A stretch of 63,732 nt of DNA, filler included, from Reclinomonas americana ATCC 50394 (lineage: Eukaryota), in NCBI GenBank assembly GCA_048213135.1. It is 16 parts of 16 records of this genome, joined end to end, with 100 filler letters (N's around TTAATTAATTAA, not from the genome) between each part and the next. Parts side by side here need not be neighbours in the genome. Positions count along the whole stretch, not along the records: positions 23,710 to 37,373 come from AFZH01017998.1; positions 37,474 to 41,243 come from AFZH01017999.1; positions 41,344 to 42,584 come from AFZH01018000.1; positions 42,685 to 50,264 come from AFZH01018001.1; 12 more parts are not named here. The stretch is one strand, 5' to 3'. Below, in pieces: positions 28,672 through 42,825 of the stretch (position 1 is the stretch's first letter; each line of letters begins with the position of its first letter). The notes under the pieces are model-generated. The model was not told where the DNA came from. It made no database searches and worked only from the letters and a program-made list of their open reading frames with translations. The position numbers and the translations under genes are program-made.

Positions 28672-29620
28672 TTATTTCTGCATCGAGTAGAAGAGAGAGA
28701 GAGAAAGAGACACGGTAAGTCCCGGGTTGCACACACACACAGACATACAATTAATCAAGCAAGCACGAGGAACAAACCTGCACCGGCAGGAAGAGCTTGA
28801 ACTCGGGTGGGAGCTCGTCTTCAGAGTACAACCGATCCGAGAAGTAGATGCGGCGGATGCGGCAGTTCGCGTGGATTTGCACGCGCAGCGTCTCAACTTT
28901 TTGTGTGGAGACCATCGCGTGAGCAACATGCAAGCAACAACAGGCGGTGGTGGCGTGAAGCGCAACTGTAGTTTGTGCCATATGCACGCCGAGTGAAATC
29001 GGAGAGGTTGAACTGGATCTGGTTCCAGCCCTCGTCAAGCCGCATCGGCATTGTGCAGATGAAGGGCTTGACTCTCGTTGTGGACTGGTAGTTGGATGCT
29101 CGGAATCGTCGTCGGACGTTCTTGTCGTCGAGCACTTGCACCTCGAACGTGAAGTACTTCTTCAACTGCAAAAGGGCGAAGAGAGGTGAGCAGCCAACGA
29201 CCAGGGAGGGAGAGAGGAGAGGGTGGACAAAATCAACGCACGTTCTTGATAATCATGACCAAGAATGGCAGCTTGATGCCGAGCGTCTTTTGCGGATCGG
29301 CAGGGCATGTGATGTAGCTGCACGCGTGCACATGTCAGCGACACGCTCCCACTCTCTCCCTCCCTCCCTTGCGCAGCACGACGAAACTTGGTTGACACAT
29401 TCGTGCCAACGACCTCCAACACACTGCTTTGAATGTCTGGGTCCGTAATTCGTTTTATGTGACCATTACGGACTGCGGCAGCAGCAGCAGTGAGCACAGC
29501 GCACACACCCAGTCAGTGACACTGCACACACACACCTTTCTTGTCCCAGATCTGCAGTGGCTTACTGCCGATCGAGTAGAGGATCGAGAGGAAACCAGAC
29601 TGGAACGTGTTCTTGAACAT
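28672..29620 (-). CDS. CFAP20: Cilia- and flagella-associated protein 20 (BUG22), six exons
   Basis: [39 protein letters not shown]...[27 protein letters not shown]...[18 protein letters not shown] closely matches the known protein. Confidence 0.99.
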
Positions 29621-30549
29621 GCTTTCTTGCTCCTCTTGACACACACACACACACGCAAAAAGGAGCTGCTTGTGCCAACTGCGCGCACAGACACACAGAG
29701 AGAGCGCATGGTGAGCAACAACAAATGATGACAAAAAACACAACGCCTCACATAACGCATGACTAAAAAGCCATCGAACTTTCTCCGACACGCACACATG
29801 AGCTCTTTCTGACAGCACGTGCACAGCGAGGATAGAGAGAGTGGGGGAAGAGAGAAGAGGAGCAAGAGCAGCAAACAAGACAAAGAAGGAAAAAACACAC
29901 ACAACGCACAGAGTCCATATGTCACAAGCGTTGCCGTTGATTTTACAACGCACAATCGACTCTTTTTTTCACACACGCACACTCTCACTGTGAATCACTC
30001 CAAAGCGTGCACAGAGAGAGAGCATTGTTGTTTCTGGTAAGAGAGGAGAAGAAAACATAAGAGGGCGAGTGCCAGTGTGTTTGCGTGCAAGAAAAAAAGC
30101 AAGCGGACATCTCCACGCCCGAGATGTGCACCCCCTCTCTTGTCTCTCCATTCCCCGCTCTGCCTCTTCCCTCTGTGTCTCTTACTGCTCCGCGCACGCA
30201 CACACAGGCACACGTTGACATTACGTGCAACACACAACGCACAAACACAAAAGAGAATCAACACACACACACATACGCGCGCACGACAAACCTCTCTTTT
30301 TCTCTCACTGTGCTCGGCTGCGAGTTGCTGCTGCTGCTGTTGTGGAGGAAGGCAAACAGAGAAAAGAGAGAGAGACCCAATCAACGCGCTCTCGGCTTCT
30401 CGAAACAAAAAAAGTTGTGTTTGCTCGCTGCTAAACGACTCGCGGGCAATGCGCGGGAGCAACAACGCACAAACGCAGTGACTCATCACCGGCATTGGCC
30501 GGTTCACTCGACGGGCGGGTGGAAGCCATACCCAGGACTTTTGTGTGCT

Positions 30550-33500
30550 ATGGACGAGGTGTCGTGGCTCGACGATGTGCGGCAACAGCTGCAAGAGCGA
30601 GTGCAATCGGTACACACTCTGTCACTCACTCACTCAGAGAAACAACACACTCACTCGCATGCACAGCTGATCATTGTCGACAAGGGACTCAGTGAAGACA
30701 TGGTTCGTGTCTCCCCACTCCTCGTGAATGACCTCTGATCACTCACCGGCGTGCGGTGTTATGTAACACAGGCCACTGCGCTATTCAAGCTGTTGTTTGG
30801 CTCACCTGTGCGGGCGCTCGATATCGGCGATCGCGCACTGACGGCTCACGGTTTGCGCGCGGTGTTGCGTGCAGTGCCGGCGTTGCGATCGTTGGTGGTG
30901 TGGCCTCGTTGCGTTATAGCTTGCCACTGATCTTGCCCTCTTTCGCGTGTGTGTGCTCATTGATTTGCGTGCAGGGAGCAAACCGGGCGATGAGTTCAGT
31001 CTCTCCATGATTGTGTTTCTCCGATGTGAGCGCGCTGACTCTTGTGTGTGCGCAGTGCGGGTGCGGCCATTGGTGAGCTGTGTCGGCAGCTCACGACGCT
31101 GTCGATCCCCAGTGCGAACTTGGGTGTGCGTGGCGCGGAGGGAGTGGCGGCCTGTGAAAATCTCACCAATCTCGACGTGTCGTGTTGCGTGGTTCTCCGA
31201 CAGTCGATTGCGGCCTCTGCTCGCTCTGATGATCGTCGTCGTCGTTGTGGTGGTTGCAGTGAATCCGCTTGGCGATGCGGGTGTGATGGTGATTGCCGAT
31301 CGGTGTCCGCGACTCACGCAGCTGAATATTAGCGGCACTGCGGTGTCGGATGCTGGCATTGGGTTGCGTGCCTCAGGCCTCCGAATCCCATCCATGATTT
31401 GTCTCACAAGAACTGTGACGTTTGCGCAGTGCGGTGGCGATCAAATGTCCACTGCTGTCGGCGCTGCAGGCCAACAGTTGCGATGACTTGCTTCTCGGTC
31501 TTTGAAGCAGCGATGTCTAAATTGCTTTTTTGTGCAGATAATCGTGAGCCTGGGTCAATGTACTTGGCCAACACGTTGGATTTCACTCACTCACGTGTGT
31601 CTGTGTGCGTCCACAGATATCGGTGACAAGGGAGCCATCACGCTGGCCAAGGTGACCTCGCGCTCGCATTTCTTGTTGCCTTTGAGAATTGCACTCTCTC
31701 ACCGTCACACAGGAGTGCAACCTGGAGCGCCTCTGTCTTGCCTTCAATCTCCTCACTCGCCGAGGAGCCATGGTGAGTTGGCTGTGCATCTCTTAAGTTG
31801 GCGTTGGTGCTGATTTGTCGGGTCTATGCAGGCCATCGCACAAGGCCTCCCCAACCTCACCGAGTTGTTTATCACTGGCGTTGCGTCGCAATTGATCATA
31901 AGAGCGATTGTGTGCATGCATGACTAACCCGCCTGCACGCGCAGAATGGATTCAAGAGTTTTGCAGTCGCCTGCGGCCTGGACGAGAAGTTGGACCGCGA
32001 CGATCCGATTGCGTGAGTAACTCCCGCGGGCCGGCAGAGATTTTGGCACGTGCTAATCATGTGCGGGCAGAGTGCTCAAGATCGTGCAAGAAAAGATGAA
32101 ACGCGATCCGCGATTCATGGCACCGCCGTCGCCAATGAGTGGACCGGCGGCTGATGGCAGCGGTGCGGCGGGAGGCGTGCAGGATCGCCGCACGCTGTTT
32201 GTGCCCACGTTGCAGCGTCTCGCCGGCACTGCCGACAGCGGTGCTTCTGTAATCCTGCAGTGGGATCAAATGGAGATCACACAGTATGAGTGCCGTCTGG
32301 TGCACAGGAAGCCGGGCGAAGAGGCGCTGACGGGTTTGTACCTCCGCCACTGATACACACAGTCTCTGATTGATTCTCACATCTCTTCTTTTCATCAGTC
32401 GTGAAGGATGTGGTGACTGTGGCCTCTCAGCGAGAACAAATGCAGAGGCGTGTGCTCACGGACTTGGAGGAGGGGCAGCATCAGTTCGCGCTGCAGGTGC
32501 TCACTGGCCAGGACGCGTGGACTACTGGACCGTGGACCACTGTAGAAGTCCGCAATGGTGCTCCCACTTCCCTGCCAGCACTATATTGCTGCAGGATGAC
32601 TTAACTTGTGTCTCTCTCCCCGTGTATGTGCTCAGAACCAATCGCGCTCAACGTGCAAAGTGTGGGCCAGTGGGCCGGTTCGTCAGGCACTCCTCACCCC
32701 TCACTCCCTTTTCGTCCTCTGCTGACTGTGTGTGCTTGCCCTCCAGGTGCTTTCGATACGCAGCCGTTCCCGTTCAAGGGCCTGCTGCATGCTCCTTGGG
32801 CGGCCAAGTGCGTCCACTCTTGCTCCGTGTCTGCATGAGTGTTCGACGATAATGACTGTCAGTGCGTGCACGCAGCCTTGCCAAGGGTCGGCCATTGTCG
32901 CGTCATTTGCAACACTCCGAGTTCACAGCCAAGCTGGTGCCGCAGCGGCTACCTGGCTCCGTCACGCCCATTCTGCCGCCTCCCGTCTACATTCGCACGA
33001 GCACTGCACAGACACCAGTGGCCGTAGATGGCTTGTGGCCCGACACGTTTCGTCAATCATCGCTTATCCCAGCAGCAGTTGGAATCAGCGTGATTTACAA
33101 GCTTGTCACAGATTTTATACGGTGGAAACGCAAGTGACAGACGGACGCACATTCAGTCATGCGGCTACAGTGGGCGAGGTGCACACACGACCTCTTGGTG
33201 AGTGACAGTGAGTGGCGGAATGCCTGCGCGATATAAAGAACTAACGCACGCAATTTCTGCGCAGCACAACACGAACAACACACACAGCAGCTGACCGACG
33301 TACTGGAGACCATCCGGGAAGTGTGCAAGAGTGCGTTGCTCCCTGCCTTTTCCCGCTGAGCGTGGCACTGACGAGCGCATTGATCCACATCGCAGCTCTC
33401 TTTGCGTCTCTCCCTCCCTGCTGCTACCCGGTGGCCACACAAGACGTCCGTCGACTCTGTGCGCAAACCACAGATGTGGTGAATTCCGCACTGGCAGCCT

Positions 33501-36500
33501 CGCGCCGTCGCACTGCGTCACTGGTGCAACGACAGGAGCCCGTGGAACGACGTGCCACCTCTGACATGATCGGTGTGGATCCCGAGCCGTGGCAGCTGGT
33601 GGTGACGGCGGAGCGTGAGCTGCTGGAGTTTCTGTCGGACTGCCAGGAGCGGTTGGGCACACTGGTGCACCACCTCGTGAACGTACCACAAGCGCGCATG
33701 ACCGTGACGACGTCGGATCTGCTGTCGTTTATGCGCATGGATCTGGAGGCACTCGGTGGGGTGCTTGCCGACTGGTCCGAGCGCACGATTCGATTTGCGC
33801 AGTCGCTCGACAAGCTACATCAAGGTCTCCGCCGTGTGTGCGTTGTCGTGGTAGCTTGGAGGAAATGTGTGTACTTACGAATGACCCTGCCTGCTTACTT
33901 GCGCAGCATGCAACATTGTGGAGCGCGACACGCCCAAACAACCGGGCGAATGCGCTCCAGTTCCTCCACTCGAGCGCGAGTCGTCGCTCACGCAGATGAT
34001 GGCTGCCATCAATGAGCACATGGCCGCTGCAGTTGCTGCAATGCTTGTTGTGCTCATCTCGTATAATGTGTGTGTGCTCATGGTTGACGTGCAGGGAAAT
34101 CTCGCCGAGCTCGATGTGGCTGCGTGGGACAATCAGCGCGGCACTCGAGGTCGATGGAATGAGCTCTTGCAGAGGTACACTGGATTGATTGCGATGGAAG
34201 GCGCGCTGTGTGGGTGAGCGAGACTCACACGCGTGGTGCGCAGAGCGCGAGCCGAGTCTCACCCCTCCGAGGAGATTGCGGTTGTGCTGCGACAGCTGGA
34301 GGTGGAGCAGGAGGAGCTGCGCCGTCGGAAACAAGAGAATGCCAGCGAACACGCTGCACTGCAGACCAAACTCAAGAACCTGCATTCAAAGATCGAACGC
34401 AACCTCGTCGAGGCGCAGGCACTCGAATCGCTCAGCGCCGCACTCGCCGGGAAGCAACACCTGCTGATGGACGAATTCCAGCAAGTGCAAATGGACCCGT
34501 CACCGGCCAGCACCAGCGGCAACGGCGCCGCCTCATCTTCTCTCTTTTTGACTCCACTGCCTTCTTCAGTCGGCGTGTGGTTTGCCGATGGTGACGTGCC
34601 GCTTCTCGTAGTTGGTTTTCTGCGTTCCAGTGTTTCACTCTGTTGTCCCTTCTGCAGCGGTGGTTCGCCGCTCCATGTCACTGCTGGAGCGACATCAGGC
34701 ACTGTTGACCAGTGAGAGAGCCACTCGCATGGCACGCTTGTCAACCGCGAAGACTGCGCTGTTGCACGAGGTACGAGGTGATGGGAGAATTGTACTCTCG
34801 GCATGGTCTCACCATTTGAGCAGGTGGGCGTCACCCACGTGAAACTGCACGTGTTGCACAAGAACCGTTCGGCACTGGTGCGTTTCTGCTGCTGGCGTAT
34901 GACACACGGTAGCACCTATATTCATGTGCGAGTCATCGCAGGGTGAACTGTTGGCGAATGTGGAGCAGACGCAGCAGACGATGGGAACGTCAGTGGAGGA
35001 GATTGCACTGCAAATCACACACTACGACGGTCTGCGCGTCTCGTATCAGCAGGAACTCGAACGCATGATGCAGTGGACCGAGTCCAAGACCCGAGTGCAA
35101 ACAGAGCAGGAGATTCGACGAGCCTGTGTGGTACGTGTTACATTAGCAACTCGGTTGGAAAACATGCGGAAAACTAATGACATCGATCGATGCAGGATGC
35201 CATGCAACGGTATTCTACTGTGGACGTGCAGTCAGGTGAGATGAGAAGCTCGTCGCATGCACACGATCTCTACATACTCATCCCGCGATCACACAGTGCT
35301 CACTCGCCACTCCAGTTCGGTGAAGGCATCGAGTGCTCCGAGTTCCGAGCCGCGGCCACGACGCTCCAGTTGCGCACAACAAGGAATAGAGATTGTGCGT
35401 GGCTACTCTTCTTGTTGACACGCTGTGTAGATGTCGATGTGGAGCAGTGGCAGCAGCAAGTGGAGTTGGACATTGCCGAGGACGACGACACGCTGGAGGC
35501 CGACACGCCAATGACACCCGCGCGCATGGCACCTTCGCTGCAATTGCTTCTTGTCGAGCAGTTCCCACGCTGTCCGCCGGCCAGCGTGCAATGTCGTCAT
35601 GTACGTGTTGTGCGAGTGAATGTGCGCCCGCACTGCTTGTCCACTCACTCGGTCGTGTGTGCGACTTGCAGAATACGCTGGTAATTGACTGGGAGCTGGA
35701 TCCGGTTGACGATCGACTTGTCGAGTGGAAGTTGCGATCGTGTGTTGAGTCTCAACGCAGGCTGGGTGATTCGGATACTCATTGTCGCCATGCAGACCTC
35801 TGCTGCCGATGGATTCGTCGGCGGGAGTGGGGGCCGCAAATCCTGCGGAACCACAGCAGTATCAGTCGGAACTCAATGCCCGCATCTGCGTGGCGGCGTT
35901 GGAGGTGTGTGTGTCGCATGTCAAGCACTAAATTCATTTTCTTGTGCCTCACACAATGACGCGCACAGTTGGTGGTGGGTCGTGTCCATGTGACCCAACT
36001 GGGCGGACAGCGTGGTCGAACCATTCGCGTCGTGGCCGACGCTGCCGTGCAGTGCAATCTGCTTGAGGTCTGATGGCGATCAACTCTTTTCCTCATTTAC
36101 GCTTCATGACTAATCTCCGCGTGCAGACTTTGCCAGAGGCGCTACATCGAGTACGCACCAAGGAAAAATCGGAGAGGGCGGCGGCGGCGCTGGTGAATGC
36201 CATGGTACGATCGTCTTCTTCTCTCTCCCTCTCTTTGTGTGCTCCTCCTCGTACTCAACACATCACGATCACAGGTCATCGATCAGGGCAAGTCACAGCA
36301 CGCGACAGGGACGCCACCGCGGCCGACGGAACACACTCGACCGGCCAGCGCATTCGCCACCACGAATCCCGGCAGCCGACCGTCGCGATTACCACCCACG
36401 GCGGCCTCATTGATGTCGTCTCCTCAATCACCAGCGGGTGCTCCACTGGCAGCCGCCGCCGCGACGCCTCCACCGCCATCGCCATTCGCCGACAAGGTGG

Positions 36501-36676
36501 CGCCCCACTTGCGAGACATTCCACTGACACTGGCGGAACGGCGGCAGATGATGCCGCCAGGGCGACCACAGAGCGCCGTCGCCAGAAGCACCGTGCCACC
36601 AAACATTCCTAATCCGGCGTACTCGCGGTCTCCCTCACGTCCCAGCACGGCCAGCACCAGAAGCAAACCAGCATGA
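30550..36676 (+). CDS. Large protein: RNI-like LRRs, FN3-like segment(s), coiled coil and Pro/Ser-rich tail
   Basis: LTNLDVSLNPLGDAGVMVIADRCPRLTQLNISGTAVSD, LERLCLAFNLL; beta-rich VILQWD..YECRL..HQFALQV..GPW; coiled-coil exons ~34250-35200. Treating this as a single gene is an inference. Confidence 0.65.
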
Positions 36677-36819
36677 GGGAGCACCACAGTGCATCACCAC
36701 TAGTAACACGTCGCTTAAACAGCCTTGTCCAAATGTATACCAAACTTCAAAAAGAGAGAGAGAGAGAAACCAATGCAGATGAAAAATGCAAACAAACTAG
36801 CTGGCACCGTGAAGTGCCC

Positions 36820-39800
36820 TCACATCTGCTTGCGGAAGAAGCGGTAGGCGGTTTTCAAGTGCGAGTCCGAGTTGGAGTTTTGGGCGACTCGCGTGAGTGC
36901 CGTGCGCCATGTCGGAGCCATCTTGATGAGCTGGGGATGAGAGAGTGGTGAGTGATGTGATGGAAAGAGGAGGTGAGTGCGACTTGCTCACCGAGCGGTT
37001 TGCTGGCGCCTTCGCCAAAAAGTACAGTGCTGATGAGGCGCTGCGCATGAGGCGTGTGCCCGACGCACCAGCAATGACAGCCACGAGATTGTTAACAAAA
37101 TTCGGGACCTGACCAATGGCCTCGGCCAGCCCGTAGTTGCCCTGCTGGTCCGCCTGGCACGCCAGTGTCATGACGATGCCGCACACCTGCATAGGGAGGG
37201 AAGGAAGGGAGGAGAGGGAGGGGATGTAAGGGAGGGGATGTAAGGGAAGGGAGAAGAGAGGGGAGGGGAAGGGAGGAGAGGGAGGGGAGAGGAGAGGAGA
37301 GGAGAGGAGAGGAGAGGAGAGGAGAGGAGAGGAGAGGAGAGGAGAGGAGAGGAGAGGAGAGGAGAGGAGAGGANNNNNNNNNNNNNNNNNNNNNNNNNNN
37401 NNNNNNNNNNNNNNNNNTTAATTAATTAANNNNNNNNNNNNNNNNNNNNNNNNNNNNNNNNNNNNNNNNNNNNGAGGAGAGGAGAGGAGAGGAGGGGGAG
37501 GAGAGGAGAGGAGAGGAGAGGAGAGTGAGAGAGAGTGCGTGAGTGCGTGCGTGAGTTGAGTGGGCGCGTGTGTGAGAGAGAGAGAGTGAGTGGGCGTGTG
37601 TGTGTATGTGTGTGTGCGAGAGAGAGAGAGAGAGGAGGGAGAGGGAGAGTGAGTGTGTGTTGTGAGAGAGAGAGAGACAGACTGCTGACAAAGGAGTAAG
37701 TGGCAGGAGTTGTGCCATCGGGCTTTGGATGTGTTCCAACGAGGTTCACCACTTGAGTCGGTGAGTGACAAGAAGAGGGAGAGAGAGAGAGAGAGAGAGA
37801 AGAGTCACAAACGGCTACGCAACTCGCTCGTTGATCTTTTCCGAGTTCTGCGAGGCAAGGTTGCACAAATCGTTCAAGATGGCGGGTGAGCAAATGGTGG
37901 CGGCGCCAGTCACGCATCGCGCCATGCCCCTGTGACACGAGAGTAGAGGTTGAGCAAACAACTTTTCGCCAGTGCGTGAGTGTGCGTATGTGACGGACGC
38001 ACCAGAGGCCCGTGAGAATGGCAAATACCAACTCCTCCTCGTCCTCCGTGTTGTACGGAATAAACTCATGCATGCGCTCGCTGAGAATGCGAATGGTGCC
38101 TGGGCAACACAAGGCAAAAGTGAGTATAGAGTGCGACCAGCAATAACAACTCATTCCCGCCGAAGGAACAAACCCGTGGCGAGGTGTCGTTGGAGCAGCT
38201 CCGCATTGTCCATGGTGTTGGCCAACACAAGTGCCGCCAGCTTGGCCACATGCAAGTTCTGCTTGTCTTGGAAGAGTTCTGCTCGGCGACGAAACGTGAG
38301 ACGTTGCAGGACAAACACGAAGCAAGGTAGTGTGCACCGCACGCACCGTAGATGCGCGCCAAGACCACATCCGATGAGATGGCCATGTCGGCACCACGGC
38401 TCGCTGACGAGATGTTGACCATGACGCGCAGCACGTGCACTCGCAGCAAGTCATCGTCCGTCTGCGTTCACATTCTGTCGGTTAGAGACAGGGCAGCGAA
38501 CTGCGGTGTGATGCATGATCAAACGCAACAGCAATGAGGCGCGTGAGCTCCATCACGCCGCCGGCGTTGACAAAGCTCTCCACGACTTCGGTTTCACGCG
38601 CATGCAGCGCCACTCTCTTGCACACCTCGACAATCAAATTCGGGTCCTGGGCGTTGCGGTTGCGCAGCAGCAGAGCCATAAACTCGCCCCACGGAGGCAC
38701 CACGGGCTTCACACTGTCGATCGTGTGTGAGTCGCGCAACACGAGAACATCGACGCACGTAATCAGACGAACCGAGTGGCCTTGTTGAGTGCCTCACTCT
38801 CATGCCGCCGTCCCACCACACCAGCTTCCCTGGCTGCAATATCGAAAGACAACCAGCGACGGATGAGAACCAAACATAACATCCTTTCTCTCTCATTCAG
38901 CAGTGAGCACGCAACCTTCCAGGCCTGCCTCCGGGTCCTTCCGTGCAGCAGAAGCAGAAGCGCCAGCAGCAGCAGGTGGACGAGCAGCCGTCGTGGCGAC
39001 AGTGGCCGGTGGTGAGATGAGTGAAGGGGTGGCAGAAAATGAGGCAGGAGCAGGAGCAGTGGCAGCAGCGGCGGTTGGCGCAGGAGCAGCAGCGGAAGCA
39101 GCGGGAGCCGCGGCTGAAGGAGCTGCCGCGGTGGTGCCAGCACCAGTGTCTGCGGCTGCGCCAGCACGAACTGGCGACATTGGCCTCTGCAATCGTACGA
39201 ACACATGAGCGCCTGCGCCGCCAGCGTCATCATCAGTGAGCGCGGCAACGACGCAACAGAGGGCTGCACCACGGGCAGCGGAGCAGACGGCGCAGGAACT
39301 GCGACAACCACTGGGGCGGCGCCCGGCAGGAACGACACGGGGCAGCAGCCGCCCTCAGAGACCTCACGCATAATGTAGTCAATGTAGCCGGTCTCAATCA
39401 TGCGAGCCATGGCCCACACCGCCAGGTAAAAGTTGTCCACATTGTGCTGCGCAATCGACAGGATCTTGCGCGCCAGTGGTGGGTTCACTGCGGTGTTATT
39501 CTTGCCTGGTGAGCGCAAGACGAGCAGGTGAGGTGAGACGACAGAATTCACCGCTGTCTTCCGGAACGAATTTCTCCGCCGACGTGAGCGTCCACTGCTC
39601 GCCGGTGTGATCGGAAACGTAGGCCATGAAATCGAACAGCTCATGCAGTTGCTGACGCCACCGGGCCGGCACCGTCGCCGCACGCGCCACACGGTACATT
39701 CTGCGCCAATAGATCAGTCGAGCGGTGCAGACGTGTGGCATGCGCATCCACCCCACACAGACCGCTGGTAGGACACATCGTCGGAGAAGCCCAGGTCGCA

Positions 39801-41153
39801 CACCAAGGTGAGGAAGCGAGCGACGCGGCGCGGGATTTCCACGGCATCCGGCGAACCGACGACTGCGCAGCAGCAAAAGGCATAAGAGAGGCGTCTGTGA
39901 AGAAGAAAATAAAGGAGCCTGCCTGCCCAACACAACTGATTCGACGATTCGCAAACATGGAAGTCACCATGTCTTTCATGTGAGCGACCATGTTGGTCTC
40001 GCGGGGCTGTCCGTTCAGCAGGTGGGTGAGCTGCTTGACAAGCTCCATGGCGGCGTCGAAGGAGTCCGGCTTCACATTGAGGTACCAGATGCACCAGCCC
40101 ATCATGCGCTCCTGGGGGTGGAAGGAGAGAAAGGAAAAGGGGGAAGGGGAAGGAGAAGGGGAAGGATGAAGGGGGAAGGATGAAGGGGAGAGAAAGAAGG
40201 GGGAAGATGAAGGGGGAAGGGGGAAGGGGAAGGGGGAAGGAGGAGGGGGAAGGAGGAGGGGAAAGGAGAAGGGGGATAAGAGGGGAAGGGGAAAAGAGAA
40301 GGGGAAAAGGGAAGGGGGCAAGGAGAAGGGGAAGAGAAGGGGGAAGAAGCAGGGGGAAGAAAGAGGGGCAGAGAAGGGGGAAGGAGAAAAGGGGAGAAGG
40401 GGGAAGGAGAAAAGGGGAGAAGGAGAGGGGAGAAGGGAGATAGAAGGGGGAGAGAAGGGGGAGGGCTGGAGTCAGAAGGCGCAGCCACAAAATAAGAAAG
40501 TGTTACGATGGGCACGAAACATCGAGCAGCAAGTCATTGGCCATCTTCTGCAACGGCTCCGTCTGGTACATGTCGAGACGCATCGGTTCCTGAATGCGCA
40601 TCGTCTGCGTGATGCCGCTGACCAGCTACAATCGCAGTGAGTCGCCTTGCACAGAAGCCATCATCGAGAAGAAAAAACGCACCGCCACCGACTCCACTCG
40701 CATGGGCGGCGGGACGTACTGGCGAGAGCTGCCGAGATCGCCACCACCGTCGCCTTCCGGGGGCGGCGCAGCACTGGACGAGGGTCCCTCGTTGGTCGAG
40801 CCAGCGACGAAGCTCGCACTGTATCAAGCGATGAGAATTGAATTCATACAGATGGGTTACGAAAGGCAGGCAACGCAACCGAGGAGCGCTCGGCAGTGAC
40901 AGCGGCGGTGCAATCGGTTGCCTGGCGAGGAGGAGGTTGAGAGATGGGGGGAAACCTGAAGGAGACATGAGACTTGCACGCAACGACGCCAGTCGGTCTT
41001 CTTCAGCACGCTGCCGCTCCTTGAAGAGCGAGCAGCGCACCACAATGTCGGTGTACGTGTCGCCCAGTGGAGGCAAATGCTTGCGGCGCATAATAGCGAC
41101 GCAGCAGTCCAGCTTCTCGTTCTCTGCACATGTCTGCACACAGAGAGGGTCAG
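36820..41153 (-). CDS. Armadillo/HEAT-like helical repeat protein, spans gaps
   Basis: VVESFVNAGGVMELTRLI, HVLRVMVNISSAS, AKLAALVLANTM, FAILTGLW, SASSALYFLAKAPANR; stop TGA at 36820-36822. Confidence 0.6.
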
Positions 41154-41343
41154 ACACAAGAAAGAGGGGGGAAGGAGAAGGGGAAGGAGAAGGGGGAAGA
41201 GAAGGGGGAAGAGAAGGGGGAAGAGAAGGGGGAAGGAGAAGGGNNNNNNNNNNNNNNNNNNNNNNNNNNNNNNNNNNNNNNNNNNNNTTAATTAATTAAN
41301 NNNNNNNNNNNNNNNNNNNNNNNNNNNNNNNNNNNNNNNNNNN

Positions 41344-41384
<41 letters not shown>

Positions 41385-41393
41385 CACGCAACA

Positions 41394-41620
41394 ATCCACG
41401 CCGTCCAGTGCGTAAGGTCGCCGGGGCGCGGAGCCTTGCGATTCGACTCCTGGGAGACCGTAAACTGGCACTCCTTGTTGTCGAACATGAGCGAGATGAG
41501 GCGGTGGCAATCGTAGCGCAGCTGCGCGTACTCGGCGCGGTACAGTTCCGGGTCGATCTTGCGCATTGGGTAGATGTCGATCTCCAGTCGTCCGACGCCG
41601 GAGCCGGAGCCGAAGAGGCC
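41394..41620 (-). CDS. Isolated coding exon (GLFGSGSGVGRLEIDIYPMRKIDPELYRAEY...)
   Basis: Coding-like exon bounded by ACAG| and |GTTGCG; probably part of a flanking minus-strand gene. Confidence 0.55.
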
Positions 41621-42400
41621 TGTGGGAGGAAGAGGGCAAAGGGGGAGTGAGGGGGAAGGGTGGAAGGGCAAGGGTGGGAGGACGGTTTTCCTTTATCTCT
41701 CCGTCTGTCTGTCTCTTTCTCTCTTCTATTGCTCTCTGTGTCTGTCTATTTGTCCTTGGTCTCTCTGATTCTCTCTTTTCTCACTCAGTGATGGCGAGAG
41801 AGAGGCAAAAGAGGCACAGGGAGACAGAGAATGGAACGATTTTCCTTTTCTCGCTGTTTCTCCGTCTGTCAGTCTCTCTCACTTTCATTGTCTGTCTGTC
41901 GTGATTTCTCTGTTTCTCTCTCCTGATGCCAAAAGAGAGAGAAAGAGAGAGAAAGAGATAGAGAGAGACGGAGAGAGACAGATAGAGAGGGAAGACATCG
42001 AAACAGCGAGAGAGAACCAAAGAGAAAGAGAGAGAGACACACACATACACACACAGAGAACGAGACAGCCTTCCTTCTCTCTATATTCGTCAGTCTGTCT
42101 CTCTTTCTCTGTCTCTGCTTCTCTCCTTTTCTCTCTCAGAGACGCCGAGAGACAGACAACCAGAGAGAGGAGCAACGAGAGAGGCAAAGAAGCAAAGAGA
42201 GAGAGAAAAAGAGAGAACGAGACGGCCTTTCTTCTCTCTGTATCCCGTCAGTTCGTCTCTCAACTAGTCTCTGTTTCGTTCTCTCAGATATGCAGAGAGA
42301 GGCAGAAAGAGAGACGGAGAAAAACAGATAGAGAAGGAAGACAGCGATGCAGACAGCGAGAGATAATCAGTGAGAAAAAGTGATACAGAGATATGTACGA

Positions 42401-42460
<60 letters not shown>

Positions 42461-42774
42461 TGTCACACAACACTACCTACTACTACACGAACGTAAACGT
42501 AAGTTAGGTTCGGTCGGTCGGTCGTTCGTCTCTACGTCGTACGGACGGACGACGTAGTAGGACGGACGAACGAACGTAACGTACNNNNNNNNNNNNNNNN
42601 NNNNNNNNNNNNNNNNNNNNNNNNNNNNTTAATTAATTAANNNNNNNNNNNNNNNNNNNNNNNNNNNNNNNNNNNNNNNNNNNNGCGCGTCGGTGGTAGT
42701 AGTCCGTTCGTCGTCGCGAAGAAGTAGGTCGACTCTCGTCGTCGTACGTACCGTACTACCGTCCGTCGTCGTAC

Positions 42775-42812
<38 letters not shown>

Positions 42813-42825
42813 TGTCACACAACAT

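Noticed and set aside
28672..29620. Alternative genetic code or non-GT-AG introns as an explanation for the fragmented ORFs
   Set aside because: Conserved genes (CFAP20, FPPS, cyclophilin) rebuild with GT-AG introns and the standard code; TAA and TGA both act as stops.
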